Virus record (IMG/VR): IMGVR_UViG_3300021387_000796
Span: 1 to 64,000 of that record
Direction: 5' to 3' (one strand)
Source of the DNA: a virus
Taxonomy: Duplodnaviria; Caudoviricetes
DNA length: 64,000 nt
Position numbers and translations under genes: made by a program. The notes under the pieces were generated by a model. It had not been told where the DNA came from and did not search any database. It saw only the letters and a program-made list of their open reading frames with translations. Below, piece after piece: positions 12,994 to 24,390 of the stretch. Every line of letters starts with the position of its first letter. Position 1 is the stretch's first letter.

Positions 12994-13983
12994 ATGATTC
13001 AAGATGTTGAACAGTTATTATTGACTCATGGTATAAAATATCAAAAGAAAGGAAATAAAATTTTATGTTTATGCCCTAACCCTAATCATAATGATAAACA
13101 CGTAGGTTCGTTTTCTTTTGATACGATTAAAGGTGTAGGACATTGTTTTGCGTGTGGTTGTGCAGTAAATATATTTTCATTTAATAAATTACTCGGTGAA
13201 AAGTTGGAATATAAAGGTGATGTAAATTATGAATTTGCTAAATCTTTGAAACCAAAGAAAGAAGAAGTCGTGTATACTAAACCAATTGTTTATGGAAAAC
13301 TTTACGACCCTTTTTATGATAATAGAGTTATGGATTTCTTGCATGGAATCGGTTGGTCGGATGAGTTTATTGAAGAAAAGAGTGTAAAGTATTGTCGATA
13401 TTGTGAGATGATTGGTGAAAATATTGTAAATGATATTGATGAAAAGCCTACCGTTATGGAGAACAGAATTTGCATACCGATTTATAAAGACGGAAAACTT
13501 GTAAATTATGAGTGTCGAACTTTTGATAATAATCCTATAAAAGTAAAATATGTAAAAGGTTGTTCGAGTAATTTGATATATGGAATCGATGATATTGACT
13601 TGAATAAAGAAGTAATTTTATCTGAAGGAATAAAGAATATCGGAAAATGCTGGACTGTAAACAAAAACGTCATATCTACTTTTGGAAATCAAATCACAGA
13701 TATAAAAATGAGGATGTTAAATAAAATACCTAATCTTCTTGTTTTTTTAGATAATGATGATGGCGGATTACTCATGGCTCAAAAATTAAAAGAAGGTTAT
13801 GTGGGAAATTTAAGAGCAACATTCTGTCCAAAATTTTATAAAAAGGGTTCAGAAATTAAAGGTTTTGATATGAACGATTGCACATTACAAGAAATTCAAG
13901 AATATATAAATCATACAATGTCTATTGATAAGGCGATTCGAAAATTATCAAACAATAAATCTGATGAAATTTTTTGGCTTTGA
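12994..13983 (+). CDS. DNA primase (CHC2 zinc finger plus TOPRIM)
   Basis: CPNPNHND...CFAC zinc finger, SEG and FLDNDDGG. ATG 12994 follows an AAGGA SD. Confidence 0.88.
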   Translation: MIQDVEQLLLTHGIKYQKKGNKILCLCPNPNHNDKHVGSFSFDTIKGVGHCFACGCAVNIFSFNKLLGEKLEYKGDVNYEFAKSLKPKKEEVVYTKPIVYGKLYDPFYDNRVMDFLHGIGWSDEFIEEKSVKYCRYCEMIGENIVNDIDEKPTVMENRICIPIYKDGKLVNYECRTFDNNPIKVKYVKGCSSNLIYGIDDIDLNKEVILSEGIKNIGKCWTVNKNVISTFGNQITDIKMRMLNKIPNLLVFLDNDDGGLLMAQKLKEGYVGNLRATFCPKFYKKGSEIKGFDMNDCTLQEIQEYINHTMSIDKAIRKLSNNKSDEIFWL

Positions 13984-14029
13984 TTTTTGAACTTGAAATG
14001 TTAAAGAAATAAGTATACTATCTTATATT

Positions 14030-14100
14030 AAGAGGTGAGTTTAGGTTTTCGCCCTAAACGTTGATTGAATTTTAATCTCGTTCAATCACGCCTCTTTTTT
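14030..14100 (+). ncRNA. Putative three-way-junction regulatory RNA, copy 1
   Basis: Promoter TTGAAA-17-TACTAT (13993-14021). Closing stem 14030-37/14089-96, loops TTTTCGC and TTTTAATCTCG, then a T-run. Confidence 0.75.
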
Positions 14101-14178
14101 TTATAACTATTTATATGTGTAAACATTAACTATTTAAGTTAATACAAAGTCAGCGAAAATGACTTAAAAATTAAAATT

Positions 14179-15507
14179 ATGAATCTGATGAATCGAATGA
14201 TGTCTTATGATAAGACAAAGAATGTAAATCGAAAGTGTGATTGTGAAAAATGTGCAAATGTTAAATTTGAAAATCAAACTGTAGAACATCTACCTTTATC
14301 CGAAGAAGAAATTAATCAAATTATTAAAGAAAGATATTCTAATAAAGATGAAAAGACAAAGAAATTTATTAGAAAAGCATTACGAAAATATGGTGATAGA
14401 TATGATTATTCAAATGTGGTTTATGTAAAAGCAATAGAAAAAGTAGAAATAATTTGTAGAGTTGAAGGTCATAAACCATTTCCTCAAACACCTAATAATC
14501 ATTTGAATGGTAAAGGTTGTAAAAAATGTGCATTTGAAAAAATATCAAAATTGAAGAAATTAACCACCAAAGAATTTATAGAAAAAGCAAATGAAGTTCA
14601 TGGTGATATGTATGATTATTCTAAAGTGGAATATGTGGGTATGAAAACAGAAGTGATTATAATTTGTCCGAAACATGGACCTTTTTCACAAATACCTAGT
14701 AGTCATTTACAAGGTTGTGGATGTAAACAATGTGGTATTGAAAAACAAATTGAAAGTCAAAAATTAAATACGGAAAAATTTATAAAAAAAGCAAATGAAA
14801 AATACGGAGAAGGAACTTATGATTATTCGAAAGTAGAATATATTGATGCTAAAACTGATGTGATTATAATATGCCCAAAACATGGTGAATTTACACAAAC
14901 TCCATCGAATCATTTAAAAGGGGAAAAATGCCGAAGTTGTTCTAATGAAAAATTAGCAAACGAAAGAAGAAAACCGTTAGAAAATTTTATAAATGAGTCA
15001 AATGAAATTCATGGAGAAGGAACTTATGATTATTCTCAAGTAAATTATGTGAATAGTCATACAGAAGTAATTATAATTTGTTCAAAACATGGTAATTTTT
15101 TTCAAAAACCTAGCAAACATTTAATCGGTCAAGGTTGTCCTAAATGTAAGAATAATTATAAAGGAGAAATCGCAGTTAGAAATTTTTTAATAAAAAATAA
15201 AATAGAATTTGAAGAACAGAAAAAATTTAAAAATTGTAAAGATGTATATTCGTTACCTTTTGATTTTTATTTGCCAAAATATAATTTGTGTATAGAATTT
15301 GACGGAATACAACATTTTAAACCAATAAAACGAAGTTATAAAATGACTGATGATGAAATTGAAAAAAATTTCAAATATATTCAAAAACATGACCAAATTA
15401 AAAACGATTACTGTAAAAACAATGGGATTATTCTCATAAGACTTAATAATCTTAAAATGGTCGAAAAGGAATTAACAAAATACTTTCAAGAATACGGAAT
15501 TTTATAG
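14179..15507 (+). CDS. Free-standing endonuclease: four YDYS/CxxHG/GCxxC (DUF723-like) repeats plus C-terminal PD-(D/E)xK/Vsr-like domain
   Basis: Repeats YDYSKVEY..IICPKHG.F.Q.P..HL.G.GC..C and LPFDFYLP.YNLCIEFDG.QHF. Paralog of 54161. Confidence 0.8.
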   Translation: MNLMNRMMSYDKTKNVNRKCDCEKCANVKFENQTVEHLPLSEEEINQIIKERYSNKDEKTKKFIRKALRKYGDRYDYSNVVYVKAIEKVEIICRVEGHKPFPQTPNNHLNGKGCKKCAFEKISKLKKLTTKEFIEKANEVHGDMYDYSKVEYVGMKTEVIIICPKHGPFSQIPSSHLQGCGCKQCGIEKQIESQKLNTEKFIKKANEKYGEGTYDYSKVEYIDAKTDVIIICPKHGEFTQTPSNHLKGEKCRSCSNEKLANERRKPLENFINESNEIHGEGTYDYSQVNYVNSHTEVIIICSKHGNFFQKPSKHLIGQGCPKCKNNYKGEIAVRNFLIKNKIEFEEQKKFKNCKDVYSLPFDFYLPKYNLCIEFDGIQHFKPIKRSYKMTDDEIEKNFKYIQKHDQIKNDYCKNNGIILIRLNNLKMVEKELTKYFQEYGIL

Positions 15508-15751
15508 AATTCTATTGATTTTTCAATAAATATTAAATTATAATGATAATACAATTTTGAGGTGTAATATGAGCAGTATGACGGATATTTATTGGAATGT
15601 AATTCAAGAACTTTTGAAAAAATTAAATTATTATGAAGAAAACTATGCTTGTCATATAACTCATGTTTTACCGAGCGGTAATATTGAATATGAATTTAAT
15701 CCAAGTTGCACAAATTATTCCCTAACGGTAAAAAATGAAGAGGGTGAATAA

Positions 15752-15808
15752 ATGTCAGATGTTATTTTATATAAAGGTGATTGTCTTGTAGAAAGGAGAA
15801 ATGTATGA
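15752..15808 (+). pseudogene. N-terminal remnant of a deleted DNA methyltransferase
   Basis: MSDVILYKGDCLVE matches the MTase starts MSDIKLYNEDCL (5893) and MTETLYKGDCLIE (31755). Confidence 0.65.
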
Positions 15809-16029
15809 TATATGAATATAACACAGATTCTATCATAGGAAACGATATCTATAGAGATGTGGTAATTGATGATGGTAGTAGAAAAAGAAACTCAAGAACA
15901 TCAAACACTTGGATTCAAAATCCCATGATATGTCCTAGTTGTCATAATTCAAATTGTCTGACAAAACATAATTATTATAAATGGTATTGTGTTTTGTGCG
16001 GATGGGAAGATTGTTGATTTTAATAATTT

Positions 16030-18126
16030 TTATCTTTTCTTAAACTTTAAGCCGAATTTTTCATAAAGTTCGTCTTGAAGTTTCTTTTCATTTTTTTGTG
16101 AACAATCTTCTTTTTCATCAGTATCATCGTATAAGAATGTAGCGTAATTTACATTACTTTTATCAGCATTGGTACAAGCACCTACGAATGAATCTGACAA
16201 ATCTTTTCCAAAATATCCACATTTTGATTTTTCCCAATCAGAGTTTTCCAAATCTATCCAATCACCTTGAACATGGTCTACAATAAGTTTTCCACTCTTA
16301 CTTTCTTTACCATTATGACCTTCGTTTGTCGTGATTAAAGATTTCATGTTATTTTTCATTACCAAGTTTTTACCAATTTTTACTCTACCTTGCATGACCC
16401 AAGAAGCAAACGACAAATAATAATCAGGTGTGTTATCCAACGATAATCTTTCGCATTCAACACCATTTCTTTCCAAAAATTGAATAGAACTTTTTGATTC
16501 AAATCCATCATATGTTGCTTTTTTGATATTGGTATTTCCGTAAATCTTCATACAATAAACTAAATATTTGAAACTATCCAAGTTTATCTTATCATCTTTT
16601 TTACTCATGATGGGTAAAGTAAAATCGGCAACATACATCTTTCTTCCAATTTTATCTGTTTCGAGATGTACCATAGAGATACCAGCCATATCTTTCTTTT
16701 CAGCCATATCAATATGAACAAAACGTTCAGCGGAAGGATAACGTTTTAATCTGAAAGAATTTTGTTTTCCTGTATAGACATAACATAAAGGTCTGACTTT
16801 ATCCCATAATAGTGTTTCAGGTGGCAACAAATAACTTGCATATTCAAACATATAAAAATTCTTCAAATTCGGTACAAAACACTTATTTATTAATTCGTGA
16901 TTAGTAAAAAGTTTTGTATCTGAACCTGCAGTTGGAGTTGCACCGAAGTCACGCATGATTTTAGCAACATTATCTTTTGCTAGTTCATATAAGTCGTTAG
17001 GAGTCCAAATAATATCTTCTTCGTTAAAGTTTTTTACTTCTTCTTTTGTAATAATTTTTGTAGGTTGTGTAGAAGTTCCTTTAAAGATAGGAAATACATT
17101 ATTTTTTTTATCTTTTTCATATATAGGAAACATCCATGAAAATGTAGGAAGTTCCCATTTTTTATCATTAATGAATAATTTATCTTTATCGTTTTTATGT
17201 TTTTCAATCCATTGGTCGGCTAATCCTTCCATAGAGTTAGGAGATGAATCTACAATTAATGAAACATTGGGATTGTTATATCCAAAACGGTTATGAACAC
17301 GAGAAAACATTTCATCAACGAGTTTCATAACTTTTTCTTCAGGCATAACTTCTTTCAAAAACGAAAGTTCGGTGGCGGACACAGAAATTAGGTTTCTACC
17401 TACAAGTTGAATCGGCTCAGAAATACAATCATAAAAAATATCACCAACCCTCAAAATAGAGTTACCTTTAGAAGTATTACAAAAAAGTATTTTTCCACTT
17501 TCTGTATATTCGGGGTTGGTCATATCCCTCTCATAATGCAATTTTTGACATTTAGGGGATGTTTGTAACAAACTGTCAAGTCCTTTAATCACAAGGTCAT
17601 ATGCACTTGATTTTGTAAAAGAAATTGTAGCATCTGTTAAACGTGTACTTTCACCTAGTTTAAGATATTGTTTTGGATTTCTATAAGATATTGTAAGAAC
17701 CGCTCTATAAAATTTAATCATAGCCAAGAGCGTAGATTTACCCCAACCAATCTAAGTACAACAATAAGTAATTAAAGTGTTCTTATTTACAGATGGGTCG
17801 AAATATTTAATAAAAGTTTCTTTGCAATGAGGAAAAACTTCTTTTGCTTGTGGTCCAATCCATTCTTCCGTTAAAAATTCTTCTACTGTTGGTGGTTTGA
17901 ATTTATGATTTATTTTCCAACTGTTTTCAAGAAGATTTCCTTTTTCTCTTTCAGATAATTTTTCATTATGTAAAATTATACTCAATGCTGAATTAATATC
18001 TTCAACTTCTGATTCTGTAAATAAATCAGAATTTAATATATTATCTAAGTAATGCAAATCATCTGCTGGGTGCGAAATTATATCTTTTTCCATGTCGATA
18101 AGATTATTTAATTCTTGTTGTTGCAT
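16030..18126 (-). CDS. terL: Terminase large subunit interrupted by one in-frame TAG (17752-17754)
   Basis: The two track ORFs are in frame and read YCCT*IGWGKST (Walker A). RNase H-like nuclease motifs HIDMAEKKD, TYDGFES and KDLSDS. SD GGAGGT precedes ATG 18126. Confidence 0.8.
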
Positions 18127-18341
18127 ATTGTTCACCTCCCTTACGCTTGGATTTTTCAGTATATACCGCATCCGTATATACCTTTGTTCATATCAATACA
18201 GATAGTTAAAATTTATAAAAAAAAGATTGAATAATTTACACACCAAAAACTATTTTTCCTCAAATCATAACTATTTTAACTATCTTATAAATAAATGAAC
18301 GTTGTTTATTTTAACTATTTTATTTAGATAGGAGAAGATAT

Positions 18342-18905
18342 ATGGCACACATATTGGATACGCTTGCTACAATGGGTCAAGATGCAATTGCGAATCATTA
18401 TTCCATAATTTTACCAACAACTGTATCACAGTTGGCAGGTGTTAATGACCAACTTACATTCCGTATCACGAATGTATCAATTCCTGAAAAAACAATCGGC
18501 ACTTATACAATCACAAAACGTGGTCGTCAGTTTGACAGACCAAATGGTTTAAGTGAGCAGTCTCGTGAAATCTCATTCACATTCAGACCAGACAAGAAAC
18601 TTGTTACTTACAAGGCACTTTCTAATTGGATGAATTATATTCAAAACAATGAAACTATGTTTATGGCTTCTGATAGTGGTGCTAATGGTGAAGGTGGTGC
18701 AAGTTTATTCCGTGCCCCAATTGAAATTTGGGCAATTGATAATCTTGATGATAACAACATTGCTGGTACTCCAAACTCTATTTGGACATGTGAAGGATGT
18801 TTCCCTACTTCATTAGGTGGACTTGAATTTGATGAAGAAAGTGGAGAACCGTTGACTGTGGATGTAACTTTAAACTGTTTCAATATCATTTATCCGTCAG
18901 TTTAA
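18342..18905 (+). CDS. Tail tube protein (T4 gp19-like)
   Basis: Size, LSNWMNYI and W.CEGCFPTSLGGLEFD...LTVDVTL. TAACTAT motifs upstream. Confidence 0.75.
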   Translation: MAHILDTLATMGQDAIANHYSIILPTTVSQLAGVNDQLTFRITNVSIPEKTIGTYTITKRGRQFDRPNGLSEQSREISFTFRPDKKLVTYKALSNWMNYIQNNETMFMASDSGANGEGGASLFRAPIEIWAIDNLDDNNIAGTPNSIWTCEGCFPTSLGGLEFDEESGEPLTVDVTLNCFNIIYPSV

Positions 18906-18999
18906 AATTTGTTACTATTTAATGTGTATTAAAGAGGTAGTTTATCTCTAAAATAATATATTATTTTTTTAACACAAAACCTATATAGGAGAAATTAAA

Positions 19000-19797
19000 A
19001 TGAAATCAATTCGTTTGAGAAAATCAATTATGGTAGAAGGAAAGATTATTTCCAAGGGTGCAAGAATCCTCGTTGAAAACGAAGATGTTGAAGATGTAGG
19101 AACAACTCTCGATACATCTGCTAATATGGAAGATGACGTTGATGTAGCAAAGGCTAGACGTGCAAGATTGGCTAGAATCCGCAAAATCAAGGCTTTGAAA
19201 GCAAAGAAGGCTGAAGGTGAAGTTATAACTGCGGATGAAAATGACGAACCTGTTAAAGAATTCCCTGCTGATGAAATTCAAGCACTCCGTAGAGCAAGAA
19301 AACTTCGCATGATGAAATTGGCTAGAAAGGCTCGTAAAGCAGAAGACGAAACAGAAGATAAGGTAGACGAAGATGAAGATAAAATTGCTGAACGCAAGGC
19401 TCGTTTGGCAAGAATTAAGAGAATTAAGGCTTTGAAGAAGGCTGAAAGTGGCGAAACTGTAACTGCTGATGAAAATGACGAACCTGTTAAAGAATTCCCA
19501 GCAGATGAAATTCAGGCTATAAGACGTGCAAAATTGGCTAAACTTCGTAAAGCAAAAAAGGCTGAAGATGAAGTTGAAGAAAGCGATGAAACTCTTGATG
19601 AAGAAGACGAAGTTACAGAAGAAGAAACTGTAGACGAAAAGAAAAAGGCTCGTTTGGCAAGAATTAAGAGAATTAAGGCTTTGAAACTTGCTAAAAAAGC
19701 AGAGGATGAAGACGAAGTTGAAGAGAGCGATGAAACTCTTGACGAAGAAGATGAAGGTGATGATGACGGAGTTTGTGCTGAAAAGTGCAAGAACTAA
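19000..19797 (+). CDS. Prohead scaffold/core-like protein with alternating acidic and basic repeats
   Basis: ARLARIxxIKALK x3, TADENDEPVKEFPADEIQA x2 and VEESDETLDEEDE x2. Strong SD, terminator follows. Confidence 0.5.
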   Translation: MKSIRLRKSIMVEGKIISKGARILVENEDVEDVGTTLDTSANMEDDVDVAKARRARLARIRKIKALKAKKAEGEVITADENDEPVKEFPADEIQALRRARKLRMMKLARKARKAEDETEDKVDEDEDKIAERKARLARIKRIKALKKAESGETVTADENDEPVKEFPADEIQAIRRAKLAKLRKAKKAEDEVEESDETLDEEDEVTEEETVDEKKKARLARIKRIKALKLAKKAEDEDEVEESDETLDEEDEGDDDGVCAEKCKN

Positions 19798-19821
19798 GTC
19801 AATCTAATCTTTAGTTGATTG

Positions 19822-19853
19822 AAAGACCTAGATGAATTTCTAGGTCTTTTTCT
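19822..19853 (+). terminator. Rho-independent terminator
   Basis: AAAGACCTAGA-tgaatt-TCTAGGTCTTT followed by T-rich sequence. Confidence 0.8.
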
Positions 19854-20337
19854 TTTTATAACTATTCATTCATATGCTTAGAAATATAAACACAAAACTT
19901 TATCATAAAGACATTTACCTACCACAAGATTTAATCAATCAAGCAATTTATCAACAACAAAATACTACAAATTTTGTATTCACCAAACATCTTATAGAAA
20001 GAATTGAATGTAAAGACCGTTCTCATAATTCGGTAACTGCTGAAAAAGTATGGAATGTTTTAAGCAAATTAAAAGAAAAACCTATAATTCCTTTTGAAAT
20101 AGAAACAGAAAATTTTAATGGAAAAGAAAAAGTAACAAAATATGTTGTGCGTGACAGATGTAATATGTTTGAGGATATTTCTGTAGTTATTCGTGGAAAT
20201 AGAGTAATTACTGCTTACATAAATGATTCAACCGATGAACATTTTACATTAGATTCCTCAAAATATTCAAAATTTTAATAATTTTTCTTGACATTCTCAA
20301 TTAAGTGTGATATTGTACTTTACAAGGAGTAAGTATC

Positions 20338-23300
20338 ATGAAAAGAACATATCAGATTGAAATGAACAAAGTTGATTACGAATTTCATCATTATTGGTAT
20401 CTGAAGGCTGACGAAACAATTACAGATGTTCCTTCTGACGCTTTGGAATTTAATTCATATGATGAATGTGAAAATTATCGAAAAGAACATGATTATGCTA
20501 ATAATTTTCATACACAGTCTATGATTAGTGGTGTCAAGGAGTAAATAATGAACATTACAGATTTGGTAAATAAAGAACTTGAAAAATCAGAAGATAAATT
20601 TGGAAAAGAGGATAAACTTGTTTCTTTACTTAGACAATCTTTAACTTTGTTTGGATATAAAGTTCTTAAAGAAATTAGTAGATTAAATATTCCTGCTTTT
20701 ACATATTTAAAGGATGATGATTTAACCAAACAAGGATTTTGTAATATGGTTTTGAATTATCTTGTAGATAAAGATGATTCTACTTTTGGTGATATTCGTT
20801 TTACAGAATATAAAAATTGGTTTGACGGTGTACCATCAGAAACCGATAAATTAATGATTGTTAAACGAGCAAACGGTAAATATGATTTCGCTAGATTCGA
20901 TGAAGTAGAAAATCATTGGTTTAATCAAGATAACGAAATAATTTGTGATGTTTGTAAATGGCGAACATTTCTTCCAAGTTGTATGAATTAAAGGAGAATG
21001 ATATGAAAATTTATTTTGCTATTAATGAATGTGACGAATTAGAATCCCATTTTGATTTAGAAGGTGTATATCTTTCAAAAGAAGATTTGCTTGAAGATTT
21101 AAGTGCAATTAAAGAAGATGGTAGTTCTGTTTATTCTTGTGAAGATTCTATGTTTATTAATCCTAAAATAAATAGAGGTTCATTACATCAAGAAAATATG
21201 TCCGAACTTTTGGACGAATTCGCTGAACAGAATGAATATAAAGAATATTTAAGATTAAAAGAAAAATATGAAAACAAGGAGTAGTTTATGACAATATCAC
21301 TTGAAATTCCAAAAGAGTTTGAAGAACATTTTAGTATGGATAGATTCAAAGACAGTCTTGAAAGAATTCGTGTTGATATTGAATGTGCTAAGGTTTCATA
21401 TCATACAATATCAGGTCTTTATGAACTAGAACTCATACGAATGTTACGAAACACAATGGAAAAAGCAGAAGTTGTAAAGGAGTAGTTTATGAAAAAAAAA
21501 GAAAATGAAGGATATTTTGTAATAAAACATAAAATTAAAGATAAATATATCACTGATAATTATCCTTGTTTAGGATTTATTTTAACACAATATGTCAGTA
21601 GTGCTATGCCTTTTGAAACAAGAACCAAGGCTTACGAATATATGAAAAGATATCGTCTTGATAAAGAATGTATTATCGTGGAAGTAAAATAAAAAGGAGA
21701 ATTTTAATGATTTATTATAATAGAAATCGAATTTGTCCAAAATGCGGATTGAAAATGAAATATCTTGATAGAATAGGCATTTGGGTTTGCATGGATTGTG
21801 GATATGAAGAGGATTAAGAAATGGCTTATTATTTTGATAAAAATTTGAAAAAATATTTCTCTAAAAAGAAACGATTTTATCTCCCAAGAATCTGTTATCG
21901 TGCTTGGATTAAATATCCAAATAGAAAAGATAAAGTTTATATAGATATTGTAGGTTATGAAGATGATATTTGGACAAAAGATGTTGAAAAGAAACATGCT
22001 TGTTTATGGCAAGATTTTTCAGAATTTGCAGAAACACTAGAATGTTTATTTTGGAAAGAAATTGAAGATGGCGATGTAGAATATGTAAAAATCGAACCTT
22101 GTATCAAATGCGTAAAACCTTGGTGGAAAGAGTATGATAAAACTTGGTTTGGATGTATTAAAAGTTGCGTAAATTTTTTATTTAATTTCAGAATGAATGA
22201 ATATAAAAGTATGCGACATCTTTTAATCGGTGAATATGGTAAATGGAAAACTTTTTGGATGAATCCTTTGTGGGATTTGATTTTACCACATAGATGGATT
22301 AAAAATTGGATTAATGGAATTTTATATATAAAGGAAAATAGTATTATTGATGAGGATAATATATGACAAAATCTTTACGACAGATTATTAATGATTATGA
22401 ATTAGGAAAAACTACAATTTATAAGAATGAACATGTTTATATTGAATTATCAAAACAATCGAGAGTTAGCGATAATATAGAACTTTATTTTTCAATTGAT
22501 GATGATGTTCTTACTGCTACTTTTAAGAATAAACGAGAATTATTGGATAAAACAATTCTGAATAAAAAATCAATGATTTATCCTTTTCAAGATGAATTGT
22601 TAAGTAATGATGATGTTGTTAGTTTGGAAGATTATTTTTGTGTTGTAGATGATAATTATACACAAGAAATAAAAGTAATTCATGGTAAATATTTATTATC
22701 AGCACACGAAGTTTTATTTTATGGAACAGAAGAAAAATGTAGAAAATACATAGATAAAATGTAAAGGAGAATATAATATGCTATATACTGTAAGTTATTT
22801 TAATCCATTAGGAAATTGTGATAATATAGTTCATGTTGAAGCCGATTATGAATTAGAAGCATGTTTGATTGCACATGCGGATTTTCATAGACCAATTACA
22901 AAGTTTGATTTATCAGATTATAATTGTTGTAAATATTCTGATGAATATATAATTAGAAAAGAAGATATTAAAGGATGGTCAGAAGAACAATTGGAAAATG
23001 CCAAGAATGATGCAATTAAAGAATTTATAAAAGATAATTATAAATATTATAAAAATAAAATGGATGATTTTTTAATGGAGTGTAAAGAAACACTTGGAAT
23101 TGAACCTAAAGAAGTTTATAATATAATTGAATCGTTGGAGAGAAATAGATGAGTTATAAAATACAAAAGGAGTAATTTATGAATATTTTTGAAAAACTTA
23201 GGGTAATCGGTTTAATAGGAACGGTATTATCATCGATTGTTGTATATATAGTATTTACGAAACGTAGTTCTTTTAGAATAGCAATAATTGCTTTTTGTAG

Positions 23301-23457
23301 TTTTATTATATTTTCATGTATTGCGGTAATGTGTGTAATTAGAGATGCTTTTTTCAAATCTCTTGATGAACAATATTATGAAAAACTAGAAAATATTGAA
23401 AATGCTGAAAAAGACTTGCAAAAATTTTTAATAGAACATCCTCAATTTAAAGAGTAA
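20338..23457 (+). CDS. Early cluster of small hypothetical ORFs, including an unlisted 36-aa Zn-ribbon ORF at 21707-21817
   Basis: TTGACA promoter near 20288 and AAGGAG SDs. 21707 reads MIYYNRNRICPKCG...WVCMDCGYEED. Confidence 0.65.
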
Positions 23458-23559
23458 ATAAATTGACTAGTGAATTAAAGAAATAGATTTTTTGATAATT
23501 TTCCTTGACAAAACAATCTCCTTTATGTTATTATATTAATATAAAGGAGATTTATTTTT

Positions 23560-23904
23560 ATGGCATTTACTTCAAAAGATTCGTTGATTAAGGCTCTCAA
23601 AGAACAACTCGCAACTAGAGAAAATCAAGCAATTAAAGGTTTACTTACAATTTATAGTTTTCAGACTAATGAAGAAAAATGTGAAGGATATACCAAAGAA
23701 TTCAATGGAATGGGATTTTCTTCAATTGATTCAGACATCCTTTCTAGTTTTGCTGAACAATACACTACAAAAGGTTGGCTTTCTCCTAAACAGATGAATG
23801 TAGTGAAGAAACACATGCCAAAATATGCCAAACAGTTAATTGAATTGTCTATTGGAAGTGGAAAGATTGTGAAAGAAAACGGCGAATATGTTTTTGTAAA
23901 GTAA
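23560..23904 (+). CDS. Hypothetical phage protein with its own early promoter
   Basis: TTGACA at 23505 and an AAGGAG SD. Confidence 0.6.
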   Translation: MAFTSKDSLIKALKEQLATRENQAIKGLLTIYSFQTNEEKCEGYTKEFNGMGFSSIDSDILSSFAEQYTTKGWLSPKQMNVVKKHMPKYAKQLIELSIGSGKIVKENGEYVFVK

Positions 23905-24390
23905 CTATATAATATAAATAATAAATATATTTTTAGGAGAAAATTGAATTATGGCTGAAACTAAATATAAATTGGATGGTATGTATGTAATTACTGATAT
24001 TTCAAGTTGTCTTAGAGAACTTGGTGCAAATGGAATTATGTACGAAAGTTCTTCTGTTTACTTTCCAAATATGACTGATGTTGATGGTGTTGATATTGAA
24101 CAAGACAGTAAAAGTTTAACATTTAGAATTTACATTAAAAATTCATGGTTTTGTATTTTTGCTCCATTGAAAGGTAGTGAAGTTTCCATGCACGACCAAT
24201 GGATAGATATTCAATTTCCTAACGGTGATTTCTTGGTACTTCGTCTTGGTGGAAAAATTGAAGATATTGAATGGTTGAAAATCAATAATGTTGGTAATGG
24301 TCATGTTCAAGGATATGGAAAATAATGAGTACATTTGAAATGCAATTTGCGTTTGTATAATATAAATAATAAATTATTTGAGGTGATATT

